Shown piece after piece: positions 39,521-47,608 of a DNA stretch of 61,717 nucleotides. The translations under genes were made by a program, and so were the position numbers. The stretch lies in the NCBI GenBank assembly GCA_039683415.1, contig JBDKRL010000010.1, positions 1 to 61,717 of the forward strand, read 5' to 3'. The notes below the pieces were generated by a model that searched no databases, had not been told where the DNA came from, and worked only from the letters and a program-made list of their open reading frames with translations. The first letter of the stretch is position 1; every line of letters starts with the position of its first letter. Source of the DNA: Clostridiaceae bacterium (GTDB lineage Bacteria; Bacillota; Clostridia; Christensenellales; CAG-138).

Positions 39521-40407
39521 TGGATTGGGACTGCGCGGACGATTATTCCGCCGGTACGGCTTCGGATATGCCCGCCGAACGGCTGGCGGACACGGCGGAC
39601 GGCTGGGCGGAAACAGACCTGCCCGGCGCGGAGGAAGCGGATCTGCCGCCGGAAGGGGATTCGGCCTGGGACTGCGCGAACAGTTCCGCCGGTGCGGCGT
39701 CGGATATGCCCACCGAACGGCTGGCGGACACGGCGGACGGTTGGGCGGAAACAGATCTGCCCGGCGCGGCGGAAGCGGATCTGCCGCCGGAAGGGGATTC
39801 GGTCTGGGACTGCGCGGACAGCACCGCGAAAGCCGCAGGAGATGCCGCGGATGATACGGGGGATGCTCTTTGGGATACGCCGCGGACGGAAGCCGAGAAG
39901 GCCGCCGATTATATCCGCTCCTTCAGTGGATTTGAAAAAGCCGCCGACTATGTCGAGCGGCACTACGCGGGAGATGAGTTCGTTCCCGGAGACGTGATTT
40001 CCATTACGACTCGAAATCAGGAACTGGAGGGAGGCACGAGCAATCAGGGCGTCCCCTTTTCTCGCCGAGAAGTCAAGCTGGATGACGGTCTGGTGTTGGA
40101 GGGCGTTTTTCCGGAGTTCAATTCGCTCCATCATGTGGAACTGGGCGACGCGGCGAAGGACATGAACCGTTATCAGCAGTTTTCCGCCTGCAAAGCCGAC
40201 TTTCAGGATCACCTGAGCGACAATCGAAACGCTCTTGAGAAACTCACGCTGGGGGACATGGAGCGTCTGAGCGAATCGAACCAAGCCACTCCAAGAGGAT
40301 ACACCTGGGACCATAATCCGGAAACGGGAGCCTTCGACCTTGTTCCATCCGGTGTGCACAGGACAACTGGGCATACGGGCGGCAACGCTCTTTATGGAAA
40401 AAGCTGA
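39517..40407 (+). CDS. Acidic tandem-repeat protein with C-terminal HNH/EndoVII-fold nuclease-like domain (WHH/AHH/SHH toxin-class signature)
   Basis: ATGA start/stop overlap with the HerA-like gene. C-terminal ...YTWDHNPETGAFDLVPSGVHRTTGHTGGN fits the [W/A/S]HH...LV..H...HTGG pattern of HNH-type toxin nuclease domains. The N-terminus has 2.3 copies of a 47-aa acidic repeat. Confidence 0.5.
   Translation: MMDWDCADDYSAGTASDMPAERLADTADGWAETDLPGAEEADLPPEGDSAWDCANSSAGAASDMPTERLADTADGWAETDLPGAAEADLPPEGDSVWDCADSTAKAAGDAADDTGDALWDTPRTEAEKAADYIRSFSGFEKAADYVERHYAGDEFVPGDVISITTRNQELEGGTSNQGVPFSRREVKLDDGLVLEGVFPEFNSLHHVELGDAAKDMNRYQQFSACKADFQDHLSDNRNALEKLTLGDMERLSESNQATPRGYTWDHNPETGAFDLVPSGVHRTTGHTGGNALYGKS
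39527..39811 (+). repeat. 141-bp tandem direct repeat x2 (plus partial third copy) inside a CDS
   Basis: GACTGCGCGGAC...GGGGATTCGG(C/T)CTGG repeated at ~92% identity. It leaves both strands open; the antisense ORF 39484-40374 is an artefact of this. Confidence 0.8.
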
Positions 40408-40553
40408 GCGTACAGCGGCTGGGAATTGCTGAAAGTCACCGAAACCGAATACGGAGATTCGCGCATTCTGCGCGTTGATATATCCGTAAGAAAAGCGCGT
40501 GTGCGCTACGCATAGGCGCGGCCGGCCAAACCGGTGGAAATGGAGGAGTTTCG

Positions 40554-41150
40554 ATGAGCGAGTTGCTGTTTCCCAGCATTGTGACGAATATAGACGGACA
40601 CGATCAAACTACAAATCTTATAAGCTACGATCTGACCAAGAACCGTACGGTTTACATCATCGGCGAAATTGATGATTTCATGGCGACATCCGTACTTTCG
40701 CAGTTTCGCTATCTGGCGGCAAAGTCGGGCGACGATATCACCGTCGTCATCAACAGCCCCGGCGGCTCTGTCACGGCGGGTATGGCGATACTGGACGGCA
40801 TGAAGACTGGGTTCCGCTGCGAAATGGCAACGTTTGCAACGGGCGTCGCTGCCAGCATGGGCGCGCTGCTCCTTGCCGCGGGCACGAAGGGCAAGCGGCA
40901 TGCATCCGCATCAACGGAGATTATGATTCACCAGCCGCTCGGCGGGGTGCAAGGGCAGGCGACGGACATTTCGCTCGTTGCGGAGCATATTCAAACGGTC
41001 AAGCGCAGACTGGCGGACAGACTGGCCGACTATTGCAAAAAGGAGCGGGACGAACTGCTGCGCGATATGGAGCGGGACTACTGGCTCACGGCCGAAGAAG
41101 CGAAGGCGTATGGGCTGATCGACCTCGTCGGTTACCCGGAGCAGTTTTAA
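40554..41150 (+). CDS. clpP: ATP-dependent Clp protease proteolytic subunit (ClpP paralog)
   Basis: INSPGGSVTAGMAI, GVAASMGALLLAAG (catalytic Ser), IMIHQPLGGVQGQATDI (His), MERDYWLTAEEAKAYGLID (Asp). The near-canonical ClpP sequence runs end to end. Confidence 0.85.
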   Translation: MSELLFPSIVTNIDGHDQTTNLISYDLTKNRTVYIIGEIDDFMATSVLSQFRYLAAKSGDDITVVINSPGGSVTAGMAILDGMKTGFRCEMATFATGVAASMGALLLAAGTKGKRHASASTEIMIHQPLGGVQGQATDISLVAEHIQTVKRRLADRLADYCKKERDELLRDMERDYWLTAEEAKAYGLIDLVGYPEQF

Positions 41151-41166
41151 GCGGAAGGAATGCGAT

Positions 41167-41946
41167 ATGATATCTGGTCAAAACAATAAACTGATTGGAC
41201 TTACGCCGCTGAACGAAGCATTGGAAAGCATATGCGATAACGGAGCTGTGTATTCGCTCAGCTATGCCGCTCCGCCGCATTTTCTGCTCAATCTGGGGCC
41301 TGGCGATGGACAGAGCACCGTGGCAAGACATATTGCGCGCGTCTATCAACAGGCGAAGATACGCCGCTTCGGCGGTCTGGACGCATATTTGGAATTTTCG
41401 CTGGACGGTACCATGGTGCAGATGAAGCGGGTGTTTGGGGATATCAAATCCTGCGCGGTCTTTACAAACGAGTATGAAGGAATCGTCGCGCTGGATATTT
41501 CCGCGCTGGCCGCGCACATCAACGAGGCGCAGACGGAGTATTTCCTGCGCGAGATCAGGAAGACTTCGTCCTTTGCGACATGCGTATTTTTTGCCGTGTC
41601 CGGTACGCAGCGGAGCGTGGCTCGACTGACGGCAAAGCTATGCGAGGTTGTGGAAAACGTGCAGACGATAACGGTTATGCCATATACAAGGCGTGAACTC
41701 GCGGCGATCATCGAAGAGAAAATCAATGCGCGCGGTATAGAAATTGAGGAGCCTTCAGCTTTTCGGGAACGTTTGGCCGCGCAGCTTGCCGAAGGGGAGA
41801 TCCATACAGCCAAGCAGGCGGTCAGCCTCGCAGAGAAAATAATGCAGCACGTGCGGCTGGAAGGAGCGACTGCGGCTATAGGACGAAAAGAGATGGAAAC
41901 CGCTTTCTCCTGCGACGTTGAATGGGAAGGGTGTGTGAACCGATGA
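41167..41946 (+). CDS. Degenerate AAA+-like (pseudo-ATPase) protein
   Basis: Walker-A-like FLLNLGPGDGQSTVARHIA lacks the Lys. Walker-B-like VALDISAL lacks the acidic pair. Sensor-1-like FFAVSGT. Lies 16 nt after clpP, and its stop overlaps the next start (ATGA). Confidence 0.45.
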   Translation: MISGQNNKLIGLTPLNEALESICDNGAVYSLSYAAPPHFLLNLGPGDGQSTVARHIARVYQQAKIRRFGGLDAYLEFSLDGTMVQMKRVFGDIKSCAVFTNEYEGIVALDISALAAHINEAQTEYFLREIRKTSSFATCVFFAVSGTQRSVARLTAKLCEVVENVQTITVMPYTRRELAAIIEEKINARGIEIEEPSAFRERLAAQLAEGEIHTAKQAVSLAEKIMQHVRLEGATAAIGRKEMETAFSCDVEWEGCVNR

Positions 41947-43805
41947 GAAGCGACCGCTGGGCATATCCATTAGAGATTAAGGAAGTGCTGACGCTGGAAG
42001 AGGCGTGCGGCAACGCCGGCGGACAGGTTCTCTATAGGGAGAACAACCAAAACTGGGTTTACGGCGGCGAAGGGCACACGATTATTCTCGGCGTGAGCGG
42101 AAGCGGAAAAAGCAGGCGCGGAACGCTGCCCATGGTACGCTCGCTTATATGGGCGGAGGAGTCGTTTTCCGTTCTCGATCCAAAAGGCGAAATCTATGAC
42201 GAGACGGTTGAATATGCGCGGAGGCAGGGATTTGAAGTGCATGTGGTCAACCTTCGGCACATCCGAGAAAGCGAACGCTGGAATCCGCTGACGCTTCCGT
42301 ATGAACTGGGCAGGTCCGATTCACCGGAAAACAAACAGATATCTGCGGAGATGATTGACGAGCTGGCGCATTCGATCTATAAAAAGAACGACAGTTCCGA
42401 TCCGTTTTGGACGGATTCCGCGCGTTCGCTGTTTATAGGCGCCGTATATGCGCTCATGGAATACGCAAAACCGGAGCAGGTTACGATGGCCGGCGTATAT
42501 CAGCTGATTGTTAACGGGGAAAAGCGCTGCGGACCCGTTTCGCTCCTCAAAGCGTTCGTGGACGAGATGCCGGAAAATTCAGTCACATCCATGCTACTGC
42601 AAAGCTACCTGAATACTGCTTCGGATACACGCGGCGGCATTCGATCGACTTTTTTAGAGGGCATCTCTACCTTCACCCGCAGCGAAGGAGTCTTGGAATT
42701 TTTGGTCGCGGACGATTTGAAGATCGGAGCGCTGGACGGCGCGCGAAAGACGGGCGTCTATATCATTCTTCCCGATGAGAACCCGATTTTCGACCGTCTG
42801 GCGGGCGTGCTGATGAGCCAACTGATGTCGCATTATATTCGCCTTGCACAGAACACGCTTGGCGGAAGGCTTCCCATCCGCATGAACGTCTGCCTTGAGG
42901 AACTCGGGAATGTCGGCGGAGCGCTCGCTAACCTGCCGCACCTGATGTCTGCGGGGCGCTCCCGAAACATTCGCTGCCAACTCGTACTGCAGTCTCTTTC
43001 CCAACTGACCGATATCTACGGCGCGAGCAGCGCGACGACCATCCTCAGCAATGCGGACGTGATCGTGGCTTACCGTACGAATCATTGGGATACGCTCACG
43101 GAGCTTTCCCGCAAGTGCGGCGAGCGTGAAGTGGATTACGGCGCGCATACCTCCCGCGAGGCGCTTATCACGCAAAGCCAGATAGGATCCATGCAGACGG
43201 GTCAAGCGCTCGTTATGGTTTCCGGCCGTTTAAAATTCATCACTTGTCTGCCAGATTACAGCGATATGTATCCGCGCGTGGAGTATCGGGAGCCTGTACG
43301 CAATAATCGCCAATACACGCCGCCGCCGGAAGCGATCTGTGTGGCGGCAATGATTCAGGAACTGAAAGCGAAAAAAGAGAGCCTTGAGGACGCAAAAGAC
43401 GAGGAGAAATCAGAAGACGAGCCCGGTGAACGAGTTTCCTTTTTTGATCTGATGCTCGCGGAACTTAACTGCAACAACGACGACCCCAAAGCGCCAAAAT
43501 CTGCGATTCAAGAGCGAATTGACGCAAGGATGGCGGAATTGCGCGAAGAAAGACTTGAAAAAAGCGGAAAGAAAGCGAACAAAAGGAAAGGGGGGTATGA
43601 TGTGATGATTCTGCACGATGGGGGGAACAGGAGCGCGGTGATCAATGCACTGATCGCTACCAGGTCTGCGACTCGCGCACAAGCGTTGATCCATGCATCT
43701 GATTTGCCTATAGAGATACATCTCAAATCGAAAAGAACAGCGGATAAGCTGAAAAAATCGATTTCCCTGGCTGGAGGAACGGCTATCGTATATCCTGCTG
43801 AGTAA
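41943..43805 (+). CDS. TraG/TraD/VirD4-family coupling-protein-like ATPase, second paralog (intact Walker A, no TM helices)
   Basis: ILGVSGSGKSRRGTLP Walker A, Walker B CLEELGNVG, and a TraG-D_C-like RSRNIRCQLVLQSLSQL. Same architecture as the 25702-27354 protein. Confidence 0.7.
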   Translation: MRSDRWAYPLEIKEVLTLEEACGNAGGQVLYRENNQNWVYGGEGHTIILGVSGSGKSRRGTLPMVRSLIWAEESFSVLDPKGEIYDETVEYARRQGFEVHVVNLRHIRESERWNPLTLPYELGRSDSPENKQISAEMIDELAHSIYKKNDSSDPFWTDSARSLFIGAVYALMEYAKPEQVTMAGVYQLIVNGEKRCGPVSLLKAFVDEMPENSVTSMLLQSYLNTASDTRGGIRSTFLEGISTFTRSEGVLEFLVADDLKIGALDGARKTGVYIILPDENPIFDRLAGVLMSQLMSHYIRLAQNTLGGRLPIRMNVCLEELGNVGGALANLPHLMSAGRSRNIRCQLVLQSLSQLTDIYGASSATTILSNADVIVAYRTNHWDTLTELSRKCGEREVDYGAHTSREALITQSQIGSMQTGQALVMVSGRLKFITCLPDYSDMYPRVEYREPVRNNRQYTPPPEAICVAAMIQELKAKKESLEDAKDEEKSEDEPGERVSFFDLMLAELNCNNDDPKAPKSAIQERIDARMAELREERLEKSGKKANKRKGGYDVMILHDGGNRSAVINALIATRSATRAQALIHASDLPIEIHLKSKRTADKLKKSISLAGGTAIVYPAE

Positions 43806-43840
43806 AGCGAGAGTGAAGGGAAAGCATCCCATAAAAGAGG

Positions 43841-44317
43841 ATGCAAAAACGCGCCACAATACTGGAGCAAAACGGCGGATACCTGATTATATTCAGCGAG
43901 GTGTATGGCTTGGACGGGCGGCAGAAACGGAAACGCATGTCAAGGCGGCCGGAGCCGTGTAAGATAATACGTCAGACCAAGCAAGAACTTACGCGGCAAG
44001 AGACTCCTTCGAGCGCATCCTCCCGGTGAACGGATATATTCGTTTGGATAAGCGGCAGCCGCACCAGAATTCGGAGATGATGCGGCTGTTCCTTCTTAAT
44101 GGGGGTACGGCGTGGAGAACTTTGCGGGCTGGGCTGGAAGGATATCGACTTAGGCAACCATATGATCACAATCCGCTTAACATCGCAGTATTTACCTGAC
44201 AAGGATATTTTCACGAAAGGCATGAAAGCGGATTCTTCTGTTCGAACGAACAGGCTGCCGGAACAGGCGTTCGAAAGCTCAATGAGTTACGCATATGGCA
44301 GCGAAAGCGCGTTGTGA
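43841..44317 (+). pseudogene. Tyrosine recombinase (phage/ICE integrase) remnant with internal deletion and frameshift
   Basis: The 43841-44029 frame encodes an integrase N-terminal-type segment (GGYLIIFSEVYGLDGRQKRKRMS...TKQELTR). The 44099-44317 frame encodes GVRRGELCGLGWKDIDLGNHMITI, the start of the catalytic domain. Total span ~0.48 kb versus ~1.2 kb for an intact gene. Confidence 0.6.
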
Positions 44318-44538
44318 TTGCAAATCGCTGGGCAGACTGCGGTCGGCTGTTTGCAAAGGAACGAACAGATAATTCCCTCATTGACTATTACTGCAAAAAG
44401 GTTTTGAATGGATTATATTGGAGAAGTTGTATCTCGGTTTCGTTTTCTGGCAGCGTAATAAAACCACTTAACTTATCTTTTTGAAGTTGTTTTTTAAAAC
44501 TCAGTCGGACCAGAACCAACCAATGCGGGAGGCAGAAC

Positions 44539-45327
44539 ATGAAAAATGTTGTGATTACGGGCAGTACGCGCGGCATCGGATTCGCCATGGCGAAGGAATT
44601 TCTGAAAGCAGGCTGTCGGGTTATCCTTTCCGGCAGAGGCGAAATCCTGGCTACGAGCGTTCTGGAGGAACTGCAGTCATATCGGGGTCAGTTTCAATAT
44701 GTTTGCTGCGACGTGCAGAAAAAGCCCGATCTGGAAGCGCTTTGGAATGCGGCTTCATCGAGTTTCGGCCAAATCGATATCTGGATCAACAATGCCGGAC
44801 AAAACACACCGCATGCTCTCCTGCAGGATACGGAGGAGCGGTATATCCGTTCGGTCGTGGAGACCAATGTGCTCGGCATGATTTTTGGCGCTCAGGTAGC
44901 GGCGAAAGGAATGCTGGCGCAGGGGCATGGAGCGATCTACAGCATGGAAGGCCTCGGATCCAACAACATGATTCAGGTAAAAACGATTCTGTACGGCACC
45001 ACTAAGCATGCGCTGACGTATTTTATGAAGGGGCTTGCCAAGGAATTCAGCGGAACAGGCGTTATAGCCGGGAGGCTTTCTCCGGGGATGATGCTGACCG
45101 ATTTTATCACAACGACTCCGGACGGAGCGGTTGCCGCAATTGAAAGCGATCCGAGTTTCCGCAGGATTTTCAACATCCTTGCCGATAAGCCGGAGACCGT
45201 GGCAGCCTACTTCGTTCCTGCGATCCTGAAGAACACCAGAAACGACAGGCAGATCGCGTGGCTTACCGGCGGCAAAGCCGCATGGCGCTTCATGACGGCT
45301 CCGTTTCATAAAAGGGAGCTGCTCTAG
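44539..45327 (+). CDS. Short-chain dehydrogenase/reductase (SDR)
   Basis: VVITGSTRGIGFAMAKEF and YGTTKHAL (YxxxK). Confidence 0.85.
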   Translation: MKNVVITGSTRGIGFAMAKEFLKAGCRVILSGRGEILATSVLEELQSYRGQFQYVCCDVQKKPDLEALWNAASSSFGQIDIWINNAGQNTPHALLQDTEERYIRSVVETNVLGMIFGAQVAAKGMLAQGHGAIYSMEGLGSNNMIQVKTILYGTTKHALTYFMKGLAKEFSGTGVIAGRLSPGMMLTDFITTTPDGAVAAIESDPSFRRIFNILADKPETVAAYFVPAILKNTRNDRQIAWLTGGKAAWRFMTAPFHKRELL

Positions 45328-45382
45328 ATACCAGATACAAGCGGCATACGCTAAAATAAAGCAAACATGGGAGCATAACGCG

Positions 45383-46357
45383 ATGATTCAAAACCAGTGG
45401 TACGCGGTACTGCCGTCGAAAGCGGTAAGGAAAAGCCGCATTGTCGCCGCAAAACGGCTGAACCTGGAACTGGCGTTTTTCCGCACCGAATCGGGTGAAC
45501 TCGGCTGCGTTTCGGATCAGTGCCCGCATCGTGGCGCTGCACTGAGCGGCGGCACAATCAAGGGGGACTGCATCCGTTGCCCGTTCCACGGACTGGAGTT
45601 CGACAAAACAGGCATTTGCCGGTTTATTCCCGCCAACGGAAAGGCTTCGACGCAGGATATCAGTCGTTACAATGTGAAGCGTTATCCTGTTAAGGAAGCG
45701 CATGGCATCGTCTATGTTTGGTATGGCGAGGAGGAGAAAGCAACCGCGGAACTGCCTTTTTTTACGGATGAAATTGACGATTCCTACGCGTTCAGCGAAC
45801 TGGTTGATCACTGGAACTCGCATTATTCCCGCTGCATCGAAAACCAGCTCGATGTGGTTCACGTACCGATCGTCCATTACAACACGATCGGACGCGGAAA
45901 TAGAACACTGATCAACGGGCCGAAGGTGGAGTTCACTGACGGCGCAATCCTGACCAGCGCGAATAACGATCTGGACGTCGGCCAAAAGCCGAAACCGCCC
46001 AAAGAGTGCGTCATCAAGCCGACGTATTTGAAATTCATGTATCCCAATATCTGGCTGAACCATATCGCGGACAAAATCAAGGTGATGATTTACTTCGCCC
46101 CGGTGGACGACGAAAACACGGTTTTATACATCCGTTTCTATCACAAACTGACCAAAGTGCGCCTGTTGAATCAAGTGATCTGCTTCTTTGGCAAGTATAT
46201 GAATCAGATCATCGAGCAGCAGGATAAGCGGGTTGTTGTCACGCAAAAACCGAAGGCGTCTTCTTTCCGCTCGGGAGAGAAGCTGCTCACCGGAGACGGG
46301 TCGATTCTGCTGTATCGAAAGATTCGGGATGAATGGAAAAACAAAGCCGGTGAATGA
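45383..46357 (+). CDS. Rieske [2Fe-2S] non-heme iron oxygenase (alpha-subunit-like, small form)
   Basis: Rieske motif CPHRGAALSGG...CIRCPFHG and mononuclear-iron motif DVVHVPIVH (DxxHxxxxH). Confidence 0.8.
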   Translation: MIQNQWYAVLPSKAVRKSRIVAAKRLNLELAFFRTESGELGCVSDQCPHRGAALSGGTIKGDCIRCPFHGLEFDKTGICRFIPANGKASTQDISRYNVKRYPVKEAHGIVYVWYGEEEKATAELPFFTDEIDDSYAFSELVDHWNSHYSRCIENQLDVVHVPIVHYNTIGRGNRTLINGPKVEFTDGAILTSANNDLDVGQKPKPPKECVIKPTYLKFMYPNIWLNHIADKIKVMIYFAPVDDENTVLYIRFYHKLTKVRLLNQVICFFGKYMNQIIEQQDKRVVVTQKPKASSFRSGEKLLTGDGSILLYRKIRDEWKNKAGE

Positions 46358-46387
46358 CGATGATTGGATGCTGCGGCAAACAGAATA

Positions 46388-46420
46388 ACAAAAGGAGGGG
46401 CGCAGAGCCCCTCCTTTTGC
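46388..46420. terminator. Bidirectional terminator hairpin between convergent genes (AAAGGAGGGGC gcaga GCCCCTCCTTT)
   Basis: 11-bp perfect stem seen directly; A/T runs on both sides. Confidence 0.55.
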
Positions 46421-46465
46421 GTCGTTCAATGATTGTGCCACGGCGATACGGAAGCGCAGGCGCGC

Positions 46466-47608
46466 TTAGCGATCGATTATTCTGCGCAGGAACGGCACCT
46501 TGATCTGTATGGCGCTTTCCGGGCAAATTTCCTGACAGCAATAGCAGCGGATGCACCGGTCGTACTGATAGGACGGGGGATTGTCCCTGTTGCCGTCGTG
46601 CCAATCCACGGCTTTTGGCGTTACCGGGCACATATTCACGCAGATGCCGCAGCGGACGCAACGTTCGGCAAGGATATACGGCCTGGGGGTGATCGCGTTT
46701 TTGATAAAGCTGGGGCGCTCTTTCTGCGGCTTTGACTGTTCCGGCTCTCTGTTAACCTGAAAGTCGCATGCAATCAGCGGCTCAATCGGGTCTCCGAGCA
46801 GTTGAATCTCATCCTGCAGATAGGTGCCCGCGCCCATTTCCAATCCCGCTCGGTTCGTCAAAACCAGCGCGGGATCCAGATTCATCAAACGGCACATTGT
46901 TGCGTCCAGTGCGATGGGATCCGTTGAAAACAAGATTACTTTCATTTGTTTTGGCGTGCCGCCGCGAGGGCCGTTTCCTTCCATGGCGATGACGCCGTCC
47001 ATGATATAAAGCCGGGGATGGACGCAAGCGTTCAAATCGATCAGCATTTTTGCGAACTCATACGCGTCGGGTACTTTTACGTGGAACTCGCTCTTCAGGG
47101 CGCCAGGGACGCATCCAAATTGATTTTTTACCGCGCCGGTGACGCGCTGGAACCCATGCGTTTTCATTTTTGGCAGGCTGATCACGCCGTCGCTGTCCAA
47201 CACGGCGTTCGCGATCGTGAATTTCTTGTTCTGACGGCCTTCGGCAAAATGCACTTCCCGGCCGGATCGAAAGTCCGCGAGGGGAATCCCCAGCATTTCC
47301 GCAATTTCGGCGGCGCCGGTTCGTTTTGCCGCGGCATCCGGCGCCTGGAATCCCGGCGAGTCCCCGTAGGATACCGAAGCCCCCGCCTGCTGCAGGAGTT
47401 CGGCTGCCGCTCGAAAAATGGAGGGGTGCGTTGTGACGCACTTTTCCGGCGGATCGGCGGAAAGCCAGTTTAGTTTCAAGAGAATTTTTTCATTCGGGCG
47501 GGCGAACTTGGCTGCGCCGCCGAGCAAGGTAAAACCCCGTTCCACCGCTTCCCGCACCGTGAGGTATGCATAACTGCCGCAAGACACGATAGCTACTTCT
47601 GACATCAT
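46466..47608 (-). CDS. DUF362 domain protein with two 4Fe-4S ferredoxin-type clusters
   Basis: CVRCGICVNMCPV and CIRCYCCQEICPESA motifs. AGGGAGTAAT RBS before ATGATG at 47608. The ORF-track extension to 47680 is unlikely. Confidence 0.65.
   Translation of the reverse strand: MMSEVAIVSCGSYAYLTVREAVERGFTLLGGAAKFARPNEKILLKLNWLSADPPEKCVTTHPSIFRAAAELLQQAGASVSYGDSPGFQAPDAAAKRTGAAEIAEMLGIPLADFRSGREVHFAEGRQNKKFTIANAVLDSDGVISLPKMKTHGFQRVTGAVKNQFGCVPGALKSEFHVKVPDAYEFAKMLIDLNACVHPRLYIMDGVIAMEGNGPRGGTPKQMKVILFSTDPIALDATMCRLMNLDPALVLTNRAGLEMGAGTYLQDEIQLLGDPIEPLIACDFQVNREPEQSKPQKERPSFIKNAITPRPYILAERCVRCGICVNMCPVTPKAVDWHDGNRDNPPSYQYDRCIRCYCCQEICPESAIQIKVPFLRRIIDR

Noticed and set aside
39527-39811. CRISPR array
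   Set aside because: The repeats are 141 bp, contiguous with no spacers, in frame within a CDS, and there are no cas genes.
39484-40374. 296-aa minus-strand ORF mirroring the repeat protein
   Set aside because: Artefact of the 141-bp tandem repeat leaving both strands open. The plus-strand frame has an ATGA coupling to the upstream gene and a C-terminal nuclease motif.
40554-41150. Phage prohead (ClpP-like S14) protease
   Set aside because: The sequence is near-canonical ClpP along its whole length, not only at the catalytic core. No capsid, portal or terminase genes are nearby.
24800-43805. Intact conjugative element (ICE)
   Set aside because: No relaxase, VirB4/VirB6/VirB1-like or oriT features were seen. 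The integrase is decayed. The VirD4-like proteins lack TM anchors.
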